Source: Octopus bimaculoides (lineage: Eukaryota). From it: a DNA stretch of 64,000 nt. Positions 13,887-25,837 of this stretch are shown here, one piece after another (positions within the stretch are counted from its first letter, which is position 1; the number at the start of each line of letters is the position of its first letter). The stretch spans positions 11,551,986 to 11,615,985 of the forward strand of contig NC_068985.1 of assembly GCF_001194135.2 (NCBI RefSeq), given 5' to 3'. The notes beneath the pieces are model-generated. The model did not search any database and was not told the origin of the DNA. It worked only from the letters and a program-made list of their open reading frames with translations. The position numbers were made by a program, and so were the translations under genes.

Positions 13887-14635
13887 AAGTGAACATATAC
13901 AAATATGGCTACATACATGCAAATATTTATATGTAACTATAAGTATACAGATATTTCGTTCCATCCAATTTCTATCTCTCTCTGTCTTTCTCTGTCTCTG
14001 TCACACTCGCTATATAAGTGCGTGTGTTTGTGTGTGTGTATGTATGTATGCATACATAATTACGTGTATGTATGTATCTATCTACCTATCTATTTATCTA
14101 CCTATCTATTAGAAATTTCAGAGGAGTTATATCTATATCATTGACCGCAGTGCTCAAGTAGTACTTATATTGTCAATCGGCGTGATTTAAACTTATGACA
14201 TTAGGACGTACGAAAGGCCGCTATGCATTTTATCCTGCGTGATCACGATTCTACCTGCTCGTCACTTATTTATGAAACGAACATCCAACAGTCACCAAAC
14301 AAGTCAGAACTCAATGCTTGTTGGCAGAATACAAATTATACGTTATTAAGTCACAACTGAATGTGACATTCACAGTAAGACTTGAAGTACAACTAAATAA
14401 ACAGGTAATGTGGTCTGAGTTTTATTTTTCTAGTAGTTTTATCTTATGTTATCAAACCGTTTACAGTTCTATATTTGAGAGATGAGGAATTATGTACATT
14501 ATTTACATTATTATTAGGGACAGCAAGGATATTTGAAGGGTTCTTGTCATATAAGGTTACTTATTGTAACCCGATGTTCAGCATTTTTCTTTTTCCACCA
14601 GTCTAATCTGTTGTGTGTATGATAATAATAATAAT

Positions 14636-14900
14636 AATATAGAAAGAATTGAGGTAACTCCTCCTGAAGATATAGAGTCAAAATTAATAGAAGAGTGCCA
14701 TTGTTATCTAGTGAGCGATATTTCAATATCTTGTGTGTCTTCAACGGGTTCAAAAAATAAATTTGTCCATCTACTTCATTTTGGTTAATATAGAAAGGAT
14801 TGAGGTGACTCCTCCTGAAGATATAGAGTCTTTTAATTTTGACTATATCTTCAGGAGGAGTTACCCCAATCCTTTCTATATTAACCAAAATGAAGTAGAT
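14636..14900. repeat. 151-bp unit partly duplicated and then folded back into a ~60-bp-arm hairpin (14769-14900)
   Basis: TAGAAAG.ATTGAGGT.ACTCCTCCTGAAGATATAGAGTC at 14640 and 14791. 14841-14900 is the near-exact reverse complement of 14769-14830, with loop TTTTAATTTT. Confidence 0.9.
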
Positions 14901-14916
14901 TAATTATAATAATAAT

Positions 14917-15340
14917 GGAATAGAAATTGGCAAAATGTGGAACCTGTACACTAAAACAATACCTGTTGTCATAGGTTCCCGAGGAATAATAGTAAAAGGG
15001 GCTGATTGCTTCGTAGCTCAGATACCAGGAAACCCCAAAACGGCAGAAATTCAAAAGATAGTGGTCATCGGAATTGCCCATATCCTACGTAAAATACTGT
15101 CATCTCAAAATTTTAAAACAGTCTCAATTTTCTTAAACATTCTCTAGAACAACACTATGTACAAATCCAAATATATGGTACCCTAGGCATAACACCAGCA
15201 TGAACTTCTGACTTGTTGTCTCTTTAGGTCTCTGGGTGAGACTTGGAGCCAGCTTGTACAAATACAAAGCAAAAGTCAAACATATGACAATAATAATAAT
15301 AATAATAAATATTATCATTATCATTATTATTATTATTAAT
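14917..15340 (+). mobile_element. 5'-truncated Dong/R4-clade-like LINE 3' end with (TAA)n tail
   Basis: Translates EIGKMWNLYTKTIPVVIGSRGIIVKGADCFVAQIPGNPKTAEIQKIVVIGIAHILRKIL, typical of the C-terminal RLE region of R4/Dong elements (..IPVVIG.LG.. ..G.AHILRK.L). (TAA)n occurs at 14901-14916 and 15290-15340. Confidence 0.8.
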
Positions 15341-15599
15341 AGTAAGCGACTTGTAGCTTACTATGCTTTTTGTGTGTCATTATGTAAACGATAGGAACAT
15401 GAAGCATAGATGCTTACATACGAAAGGATAAAACTCACTTTTAGCAGTTATTGTTTTTATTAAAATATCTGTTGGGAATGTCGTGTGTTTGTAGTTAAAT
15501 ATTGATATCTAACTTGATAGTCAAGACAAAAATTGAGAGATGAGAAATACAACCAAAGACTGTGTTATTGTGTTTATTTATGACAGTGCACAAGTATAT

Positions 15600-15635
<36 letters not shown>

Positions 15636-15659
15636 CTACCCTTATCTATGTGTCAATGT

Positions 15660-16018
15660 GCGGAGGCGTAATGGCCCAGTGTTTAGGGCAACGGACTCGC
15701 GGTCGTAGGATCGTGGTTTCGGTTCCCAGAGCGGGCGTCGTAAGTGTTTATTAATCGTAAACACATAAAGCTCAACGAGGCTCCGGCAGGGAGTGATGGC
15801 AAACCCTGCTGTACTCTTTCATCACAACTTTCTGTTGTACCTGTATTTCAAAGGGCCAGCCTTTGCACACTGTGTCACGCTGAACCTCCCCGAGAACTAC
15901 GTTAAAGGTACACGAATCTATGAAGTGGTCAGCCACTTGCACGTCAATTTCACGAGCAGGCTGTTCCGTTGATCGGATCAACTGGAACCCTCGTCGTCGT
16001 AACCGACTGAGTGCCACG
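15660..16018 (+). mobile_element. Full-length tRNA-derived SINE with a probable 12-bp TSD
   Basis: tRNA-like head GCGGAGGCGTAATGGCCCAGTG...GGTTTCGGTTCCC. ATGTGTCAATGT (15648-15659) versus ATGTCTCAATGT (16019-16030), one mismatch. Confidence 0.85.
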
Positions 16019-16380
16019 ATGTCTCAATGTAATCACAGTGGAATTGCTTTCTAATTTAAATGGACACCAAAGTACTATCTCACATAAGATATTTTTCTAA
16101 AATGATTCTCTGCAAATTATGTATTCATTCCCAAATAACGTGTAAGATAAACGATTGCATGGAATTGATACGTCTTCAATCATATCTGTTCAATATTTCC
16201 AATTAAAAAAAATAATACCATCGATGATGGCCTGTTGCACGACAAGTCGGATTTTGCACTCTTCACGCAATCTAACAAACTGTAATTTGTTTTCATTTTA
16301 GAACTTACATGGTTATAAATGCGTTTCTTATATCATTCCGGATACCGTTACATACAAAAAGTTATACATAAATACCAACT

Positions 16381-16474
<94 letters not shown>

Positions 16475-17466
16475 TTTATACTCACACGAACGCACAAACG
16501 TAATATCTCCGTATTTATATTTACGTACACGTATACATGTATGTATTACACACACCAACATACACGTTAAGCTTTTATATGTTCATATGTGTAGGTGTGT
16601 GGGGGTGTCTTTCCATGCGTAAATATGATAGTTATATATGAGATTTCAGTGTACTTGAATTTTTATTAATGAGGTTAAACATGGTAAGAATGTTTGGCTG
16701 ATTAAGCAGTTTCTGTTTCAAAAATTCTTTACCGGATTAACTTCGACAAAACGTTTCTTTGTATATTAGTTTTCCCTTTCTCTCTATGTATTCTAGCACT
16801 GTGCCTATATTTGTAACACGCGTCTGTGATAAGTGACATTAAAATCTTGCGTATCCGTTTCTTTCTGTTTTAAGACTTAGTATGTGTGCACAACATCATC
16901 TAATATACCCTTATACCAAAATAACAAATAAGACAAAAAACAAAAACAAAACAAAGCAAAACTAGATTATATTATTGTTTGTGATACTTGGCTGCCATAT
17001 CTAGCAGGTCGAATGAGAGCGTCAAGACCTCAATTGCTGGGTCGTTTCTGTGTTTGTTGTTCATTCATGTGTCTGCGTGTGTTTTCAGAGTGCGGAAGTA
17101 AAAAATTTAAATTTCAGCAGAGAACATCAAAACATGTTTCTATATAAATGAATATTAAGTTACATGTGACCTTTAAAAAAACATTAAAAAAAACATTTCT
17201 ATAATAAAATATTCTAGCGTATCCTATTTGATAGGTGGCAACTAGCAATAATTAGCAAGAGGCAATGTAATCAAAATAAGCAAACTCGTATAAGGTCAAG
17301 GCGACACATTTTGTTGAAGAAAAACTTTGTAAAGTTTAGTAAAGAACGATACAAACGGAAATTGCTCGTTAGCTAGATCGACTCCAAGCTACACGTGAAT
17401 TTTCTTGCTTTTGATTCCTCTTTGAACTTGTGCCTGAATATCTGTGTATGTATTTTAGTTTATATA

Positions 17467-17549
<83 letters not shown>

Positions 17550-17550
<1 letters not shown>

Positions 17551-17964
17551 AAGACGGAGAGCTGGCAGAAACGTTAGCACGCCCGGCGAAATGCTTCTGA
17601 GTTCAAATTCCGCCGAGGTCGACCTTGCCTTTCATCCTTTCGGAGTTGATAAATTAAGTACCAGTTACGCACTGAGGTTGATGTAATCGTCTTAATCTAA
17701 TTGGCTGTCCTTTTTGTCCCCTCTATGTTTAGCCCCTTGTGGACAATAAAGAAATAAGAAACGTTAGCACTCTTGGCGAAATGCTTAGCGCTATTTAGTC
17801 TGCCGTTACGTTCTGAGTTCAAATTCCGTCGAGGTCGACTTTGACTTTCATCCTTTCGAGGTCGATAAATTAAGTACCAGTTACGCACTGGGGTCGGTGT
17901 AATCGACTTAATCCTTTTGGCTGTCCTTTATATTTAGCCCCTTGTGGGCAATAAAGAAATAAGA
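17550..17964 (+). mobile_element. Head-to-tail dimer of a SINE family carrying the GTCGAC..TGCCTTTCATCCTTTCG..GTCGATAAA..AAGTACCAG core
   Basis: Two ~205-bp copies (17550-17759 and 17758-17964), each ending in AATAAAGAAATAAGA. The first has an internal deletion. The same family occurs at 40.9, 49.1 and 52.1 kb. Confidence 0.85.
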
Positions 17965-18929
17965 GACGTTGACTGATCACGCATCAATATGTAATTTGCT
18001 TGTTGAATTCTCCAAACAAGAGGTGCTGTTCTTGTGCTTAGCTTCAGTGATTCGAAGATATATGTAACATAAGAGATACAACCAGGTGGGAACCTTGCTG
18101 TTTAAATTCACGTTATGTCAATGAATCGTTGGTGTTGCCAAAACGTATCATCTGAGAAGAAGTGTTCACCGAATGTGAACTTGAATATCAAATAACACAT
18201 TCGAGTTCGAATCTACCCAAAGGTTTTAAAAACAACTACGTACGCCAACGTTTTAAAACTGCTTTTTTAGGTCTGTGGAGGACAATTAATTTATGTTCTC
18301 CTAATAAGACGATAGGCAGTAATTTCGGAAGATTAGGTTGCCATTTCTGGTGTATGTAGTGACCATTTTCAATATTCCTTTGCAAGAAGATTAAACTAAT
18401 TGCGAGGTGGCAGAACACTAACAATAGGTTCAAGTCGATTAAAACTCTAAAAAAAAAAAATCTGTCGACCACACTGTTTCGGATTATACGGAAATTGCAA
18501 TTTATAAAAATGCTGTGCACAAAAAAAAAAAAGGATACTAGAACAATATTAAGAACATTAAGCTCTCTGTTCTTAATCTGGAGATCATTTACTTCAGCAC
18601 TTATTCCACTTCATCAGTTAAACAAATTCACATTTAATATGCCTCAGGCTCGCAGTTCCTTATATTTAATTACAGCAGTCTGTATTATGTTGTTTCGCTT
18701 ACAGATTTCTGCATGAAAGCTTATGAATAAAAATACACAATGACAATACTACACACACTCACTCACGCACGCATGCATACACATGCACGCAAGTACGCAC
18801 GCACACAAGTACGCACGCACACATATATACACATGCGCACGCACACACAATCACACGTACTTATATATGTATATACTTTAATTACATATAGGCATGCATA
18901 TATGCATACGAGTATATACGCGTATATAT

Positions 18930-18960
<31 letters not shown>

Positions 18961-19952
18961 CATGTATATGCATATGTGTGTATGTATATGTGGAGCGCTA
19001 TTTCCTTTTACAGTGTATTTACCCACCCTTCGATAAGTAATTACCCCTATACACGTGAATACGTCATTAACAATTCAATTAATACAAGCGAATTTAGCTC
19101 TTATTGGCCATACATCTCGTGTATTTGTATTAAGAAAGATTTATTTCACATTATGTCAATCAGCTCGTTCCTGCAGTATGAAATTATTGTAGCACATCAC
19201 AACTATATCTGGTACATTTAAGTTTTTGTTTTTTTACACCTTCCTGATCATACCTACGATCAATAATCTCTACATAGTTTCTGGACCAAGTAAAATTAGC
19301 AGCCAAAATCACCCTTAAATCATGCCTACTCTTAGTCCGTATCAAAATATTCATTTTAGCCTGTTGAGATATAACATTTACCGTATTGATTTCGTAAATA
19401 GACAAAATGTTCTTTTTTTCTGAGTGAATACATGAAGACTCTGCCTATTAAAATCACATCAATTTTTTTCTTTTCTTCACAAAATATCACAGTAATTAAT
19501 TTTTCCTTTGCCTTCATTCGCAACTAATATTTTCGTGTTTTTGTTTTTCTAACTATGCTTTTCGTTCTAATGTGTCAAGCGTAATTATTTGGTTTCGATT
19601 ATTTCAAAATAGAACATGGCATTATTTTTTTCATGGTAATACCTTATCTTCTATTTAACAACTAATTTAATTAAGGTCTTAGTTTTCCTCTCGTACATTT
19701 CTATTTTGTGCAAATTTCCTTCCAATAAATTTACCGTTTAAGATTGAACGCTGTTGTTGTATTAAACTTTAAGTTACATATTATACTGCTTCACTTATAC
19801 TTACATCTTCTCTGTGTCATCACACACAATCGTTCTTGTGAGACTCAGAACTCATTCAATTTTCATAAATTTGATATAGTTTTTTTTATTTCCAATGATG
19901 TTGACGTTTACTTCATTTATCATTATACATGTGGTTGTCGAGATATATATAC

Positions 19953-20019
<67 letters not shown>

Positions 20020-20801
20020 AAATCAAAATAAGCAACAAGGATATCCAAAGTTAACGCAGTACGTTCGTTTCATGAGACTCCATTTATTTCAGCAATGTGA
20101 ACATTACATTAAATGTAAAATGCACAGCACTCCTCAGCTGTACAAAACTACTGAAATTTCATTTAGTTACAAANNNNNNNNNNNNNNNNNNNNNNNNNNN
20201 NNNNNNNNNNNNNNNNNNNNNNNNNNNNNNNNNNNNNNNNNNNNNNNNNNNNNNNNNNNNNNNNNNNNNNNNNNNNNNNNNNNNNNNNNNNNNNNNNNNN
20301 NNNNNNNNNNNNNNNNNNNNNNNNNNNNNNNNNNNNNNNNNNNNNNNNNNNNNNNNNNNNNNNNNNNNNNNNNNNNNNNNNNNNNNNNNNNNNNNNNNNN
20401 NNNNNNNNNNNNNNNNNNNNNNNNNNNNNNNNNNNNNNNNNNNNNNNNNNNNNNNNNNNNNNNNNNNNNNNNNNNNNNNNNNNNNNNNNNNNNNNNNNNN
20501 NNNNNNNNNNNNNNNNNNNNNNNNNNNNNNNNNNNNNNNNNNNNNNNNNNNNNNNNNNNNNNNNNNNNNNNNNNNNNNNNNNNNNNNNNNNNNNNNNNNN
20601 NNNNNNNNNNNNNNNNNNNNNNNNNNNNNNNNNNNNNNNNNNNNNNNNNNNNNNNNNNNNNNNNNNNNNNNNNNNNNNNNNNNNNNNNNNNNNNNNNNNN
20701 NNNNNNNNNNNNNNNNNNNNNNNNNNNNNNNNNNNNNNNNNNNNNNNNNNNNNNNNNNNNNNNNNNNNNNNNNNNNNNNNNNNNNNNNNNNNNNNNNNNN
20801 N

Positions 20802-20849
<48 letters not shown>

Positions 20850-20868
20850 CTTTTTATAATTTCAATTC

Positions 20869-21695
20869 GAATAAAATTAAGCGCTTGAAAATTCAAAATA
20901 AACAAATAAAGCAAAATAGAATAAGTTAAATGAAATAAAATAAAATACTATAATAGTCCGTCGGCTAAACTACTAAATCTGATGGCAAAACATTAAAATG
21001 ACAAAAAACTTTAAAATAATTTAACGTAATATTAGAAAGTACTGCACTTCCCTCAAGGGACACGTAATGACAGCAGACTTCTATAGGTAAAATCCGTCTC
21101 TGCTCACCAAACTTACAACAGTTCATAAAAGCCACTGGTCAAAACACACATAAACACCTATGGCCATTTCAAGGGTTCACCACCGTAGTCCGTACACGTC
21201 ATAGAGCAAGCCGGTGATGACCCCCTCCTCAGTGTAACAATTACAAACAAACAGCAGGATATGCAAAAAGAATTATTTTTTTATATGACATGCTTATATA
21301 GTCAAGAGGGAAAAACTAGTCCACGTCATAAAAAAAAAGAAAAAATTCAAATTGGCTGTAGTAACTAATGCAATCCTCCAGGTTTCAAATCACCCTAACG
21401 CAGACAAATAATCTTCTTTATATTTATATTTTATATTTCTAGTTGGTGAGCAGAGACGGATTTTACCTATGGAAGTCTGCTGTTATTACGTGTACCTTGA
21501 AGGAAGTACAGGACTTTCTACTATAACTTTAAATGATGTTAAATTATTTTAAAGTTTTTTGTCATTTTAAAGTTTTGTCATCAAATATAATATTTTACCG
21601 GATGGACTATTATAGTATTTTATTTCACTTCATTTTATCTTATTCTTTTTTGCTTTATTTGTCTATATTGAATTTTTAATCGCTTAATTTTATTC
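20869..21695. mobile_element. Long inverted repeat (arms 20869-21110 and 21443-21695, 332-bp spacer); foldback/MITE or inverted Penelope-like LTR pair
   Basis: The reverse complement of the right arm aligns to the left along its length, e.g. CAGCAGACTTC.ATAGGTAAAATCCGTCTCTGCTCACCAA. Bounded by (TA)n and a gap. Confidence 0.8.
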
Positions 21696-21788
21696 NNNNN
21701 NNNNNNNNNNNNNNNNNNNNNNNNNNNNNNNNNNNNNNNNNNNNNNNNNNNNNNNNNNNNNNNNNNNNNNNNNNNNNNNNNNNNNNNN

Positions 21789-21822
<34 letters not shown>

Positions 21823-22063
21823 GTGTTTTATGTTGTATTTTATTTTTTATATATATTTTCTTAGGTATTTGTGAACTTTGATGTATTTCTTTATATATGA
21901 TCGTTTATTGAGGGGACTGTTGTATGTTGAGTCGTTGACCGAAATGTAATGGTTTTATTCTGTAACTAATAAGTTTTTATCCCTGTCTCAATTAACTTGA
22001 GCACTTCTCTTTGCAGTCCTGTAAAAACTAATTTGTTTCTTAATAAGAAACAATTATTATTAC

Positions 22064-22132
<69 letters not shown>

Positions 22133-22133
<1 letters not shown>

Positions 22134-22921
22134 TAGCTGATGGACCCGGCGTTGCTCGTGTTTTCCGTGTTGAAGTTAAGGCCGCCTCTCACCTTGTATT
22201 GAAATCTTCTACGTTCCCCTTGCCTACTATTACCTATTAAGATGTTATATCTGGTTCGGCAGGGATTTTACCCGGTTAACGCTTTCGACATACTCCTACA
22301 TATTGGACCGTCTGAAATCGCAGTCAAACTTTTGGGTGTACCTCGACCTGTTGAGAGTGATGTTTGTGTATTTCTCTCCTCTTAATGCCATCCTCTGTAC
22401 CAGATTGATCAGCATGTCCAATCTCAGCAAAATCCAAAGAAAAGTGTTAAGTTTATATCATAAAATAGAGTCCACGTGGCCATTTACATGAAAATATAGA
22501 AGTTATGGCCCAAAATAAAATTCCGATGGGTATTTGCACGCAAAATGCCTATTGATTTTATAAAACCCTTGCTCAGGAGCAATTATCGATTTTTTGTCAA
22601 CGCCATAATACTGACATCAACTCACTGCCATGAGCCTTGCTCACTCGTCGATTTTCATCAAAATCGGACAAAAAATGCAATAACTGCAGGAAAAATAACA
22701 TCGTTATGGGAATTTCCATTCAAGCACCCGATTGAGCTCACAACAATCGATGCCAACTGAGAATTATCGAGTTTTCGAAAAATTCCGGCCTTATTTGAAC
22801 TTCAGGGTATGTGCTCTACCTAAGTGCGAAAAATCATTAAAATCGGTTGGACGGTGTGGGAGGCGTTAGAGTAAACCAAAACACACACACACAGACACCA
22901 TTACACATATATGTATATAGA
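22133..22921 (-). mobile_element. Non-autonomous Helitron
   Basis: On the minus strand the ends read A|TCTATATAC...CATCAGCTAG|T (5'-TC, 3'-CTAG, A/T target). A GC-rich subterminal hairpin-like motif CGAGCAACGCCGGG lies just before CTAG. No RepHel ORF. Confidence 0.75.
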
Positions 22922-24189
22922 TGTGTGTGTTTGTGTGCACTGGCAAATAAGATTATATATATATCAACGAAAACGAGCTAAGTGATGTAACTCAGAATAG
23001 CCAGTGACATGTATTTGAATAACACAGAAATTTCGGTATGTGAACTTAAATTCTTAACTTATTAAAATGATAGTTATCTCCGACTCTGGAGTATGTAAGA
23101 TAATTACCAAATGCCAAGTAAGACCAGCTTCATACAAGAAAATGAGATAATCTCAACAATCAAGATTTCACCGAAATTGACATGCCATTAAGGAAAACAC
23201 AGGCTTATCATCTATATATATGAAGCAATTCGTTGACATATCTTTCTGGTTTAATAGCTTCAATCGGCGCGATAACTGTCCGCTCCAAAAAGAACAATCA
23301 TTAAATGGACATTTATTCTAGCTCTTGCTAGACATTGTTGAGCCTCTGGCCTAAATTATGATTGTGCCTATGAAAAAGAAGTTACGAGATTACATCAATA
23401 ATTGATTAATGTTATAAGTAAAATTTATCATCTGAAAATTTTTCGCATTCAACTACAACACGATTTTCTAGCGCGTTATTGCTCCTGGTTTGTTTATTTT
23501 AATTTTAATGTTTTGTTCTGAGTAAAACTTAATCCTATATGGTTGAATTAAAATGTCTTTGATTTTTCCCGGAATCCATAGGTTTTGCTATTCTATCTTC
23601 TCATTTTTTTGCAATATATCTGTTTTTTTTTTATTTTGCGCTTGATTTTCCATGGTCCTATCCTGATGTCGATATGTGCAACTTTGCTAATAACACTTCA
23701 GTAAAAATAAGAATAGTAATTTCTACCGTTCATTAATTCTGATTTGACATTAAGCGTATATTCTGACATACAAATCGAAATTTTCAGACCCAAATTTACA
23801 ACAAAAAATTTAGGTCGAAATATACCACAAAACCAATTGGGAGGACCAAAAATATCATATAAAATGCAGAAGGATTTGGGAAAATAGTGAAGATATTTGA
23901 AAGTTTATAATACATATTAACATAAGATACTATGTCGACTTTTATGCTGGAAAATACGATACAAGCAATTTGAAGGAAAAATTACGTTCGGTCATGATAT
24001 ACAAAATACTCTTCTTCTTGGAGAGTGCGTGAGTACTGTCCACAAAGCTATTATACGATATTGATAAGGATGAGACATTAAGTATATCATATGATCACGT
24101 GATCGACCAGACAATCGGATGTTATACATTTCTGGATACAATGCGTTTTCCTATCCTTTTTGCTTTGAAATTATGTCACCGCGCTGGCT

Positions 24190-24329
24190 AGGTGAGCAGG
24201 CTAACATTTCCCTGAACGGAAGACTTGAAATGTTTTGCTCAAGAACACAACTCGCTTCCGCTCTAGGAATCGAAACCACAATCCTGCGATCATGAGTGCA
24301 ACCCGCGGAACCATTAGACCACGAGCCTT
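24190..24329 (-). mobile_element. tRNA-derived SINE head with CORE-like segment
   Basis: Minus strand GGCTCGTGGTCTAATGG...GGTTTCGATTCC...GTGTTCTTGAGCAAAACATTT. Confidence 0.7.
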
Positions 24330-24668
24330 GTCTATTAATGATATTAATTATAAAACATTCTAAAAGTAAGACAGTATATTAATTTATAATTTTCTACTTT
24401 CTCTCTTAAACAAACTACATCAGAACGTGGAGATATTTAATCACAGAATCAGTAGACTATGTCTAATTGTCGTGTTCCCTCTTCCTGCAATTAATTCAGG
24501 TTGTAATAACTTTTAAAAGAATAATTTATCTGTCAATGACACAGAGACATATACATACATGTACATACATATACATATATATATATATATTGATAGAAAT
24601 GGTAAGACAACAAAAGAATGAAAGAGACCTCGGTTTTATGTAAATATAGGAATATATATGTAAATATA

Positions 24669-24801
24669 ATATGTGACAATCATTTGGTAGTCATTATAAA
24701 ATTCCGAGTTTCGGATGTCGGGGCGGAAACCCACGTGGGTTTCTACCCCGACATCCGAAACTCGGAATTTTATCGTAGCTACCGAATAATTGTCGCATAT
24801 T
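24669..24801. repeat. Spacerless palindrome (core 24697-24772, 38-bp arms with 2 mismatches; degenerate arms extend into the gap)
   Basis: TAAAATTCCGAGTTTCGGATGTCGGGGCGGAAACCCAC|GTGGGTTTCTACCCCGACATCCGAAACTCGGAATTTTA. Confidence 0.95.
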
Positions 24802-25513
24802 NNNNNNNNNNNNNNNNNNNNNNNNNNNNNNNNNNNNNNNNNNNNNNNNNNNNNNNNNNNNNNNNNNNNNNNNNNNNNNNNNNNNNNNNNNNNNNNNNNN
24901 NNNNNNNNNNNNNNNNNNNNNNNNNNNNNNNNNNNNNNNNNNNNNNNNNNNNNNNNNNNNNNNNNNNNNNNNNNNNNNNNNNNNNNNNNNNNNNNNNNNN
25001 NNNNNNNNNNNNNNNNNNNNNNNNNNNNNNNNNNNNNNNNNNNNNNNNNNNNNNNNNNNNNNNNNNNNNNNNNNNNNNNNNNNNNNNNNNNNNNNNNNNN
25101 NNNNNNNNNNNNNNNNNNNNNNNNNNNNNNNNNNNNNNNNNNNNNNNNNNNNNNNNNNNNNNNNNNNNNNNNNNNNNNNNNNNNNNNNNNNNNNNNNNNN
25201 NNNNNNNNNNNNNNNNNNNNNNNNNNNNNNNNNNNNNNNNNNNNNNNNNNATATATATATATATATATACACGACGGTCTTCTTTCAGTTTCTGTCTAGT
25301 AAATCCACGAGGGATTATCAATCGGTGAAAAATACTTCATAAGCTCTGTTTACACACCAGACTAACAATATTACATAGATTAATGAAGAACTCCAGGCAA
25401 ACTTTGGGTAGGGCCCAACTTATTGTTCATCACAAATCTATATTGTAAATCCCTGGATGGGCTTCAGATAAACCTGTTTTCACAGAGCGATATATTAAAG
25501 ACAAGTTAAAATA

Positions 25514-25837
25514 GTGGCCATCACTTATAAAAAAAATCCTTTTATTATCGCAAATTTGGCTTACAGCTCTTTCCTGTACTTAGTATTGGTAGGTTTACTT
25601 AGTTGGTCTATTGATCAATTGAAGCAAATTGAAAGACATAAGAAAATAAATGATATCTTCATTAGAGCCATTGCTGGCTCAGTCGGTGCCATTCCTGGCT
25701 CTGACGAAGGCATCATTAGGTCTTTCAATATATTTCAGTTGATCAATAGATTAGCTGAGTAAACATATCTATAATGACTGCTGGAAACAACTGTAAGCCA
25801 AATTTGCTATAATAAAGGAATTCTATGTAATGACCAT
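25514..25837. repeat. Imperfect inverted repeat (arms 25514-25670 and 25696-25837, 25-nt spacer)
   Basis: Shared blocks in opposite orientation: TTTATTAT.GCAAATTTGGCTTACAG, TCTATTGATCAA.TGAA, ATTGAAAGAC.TAA and CTTC.T.AGAGCCA. Confidence 0.85.
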
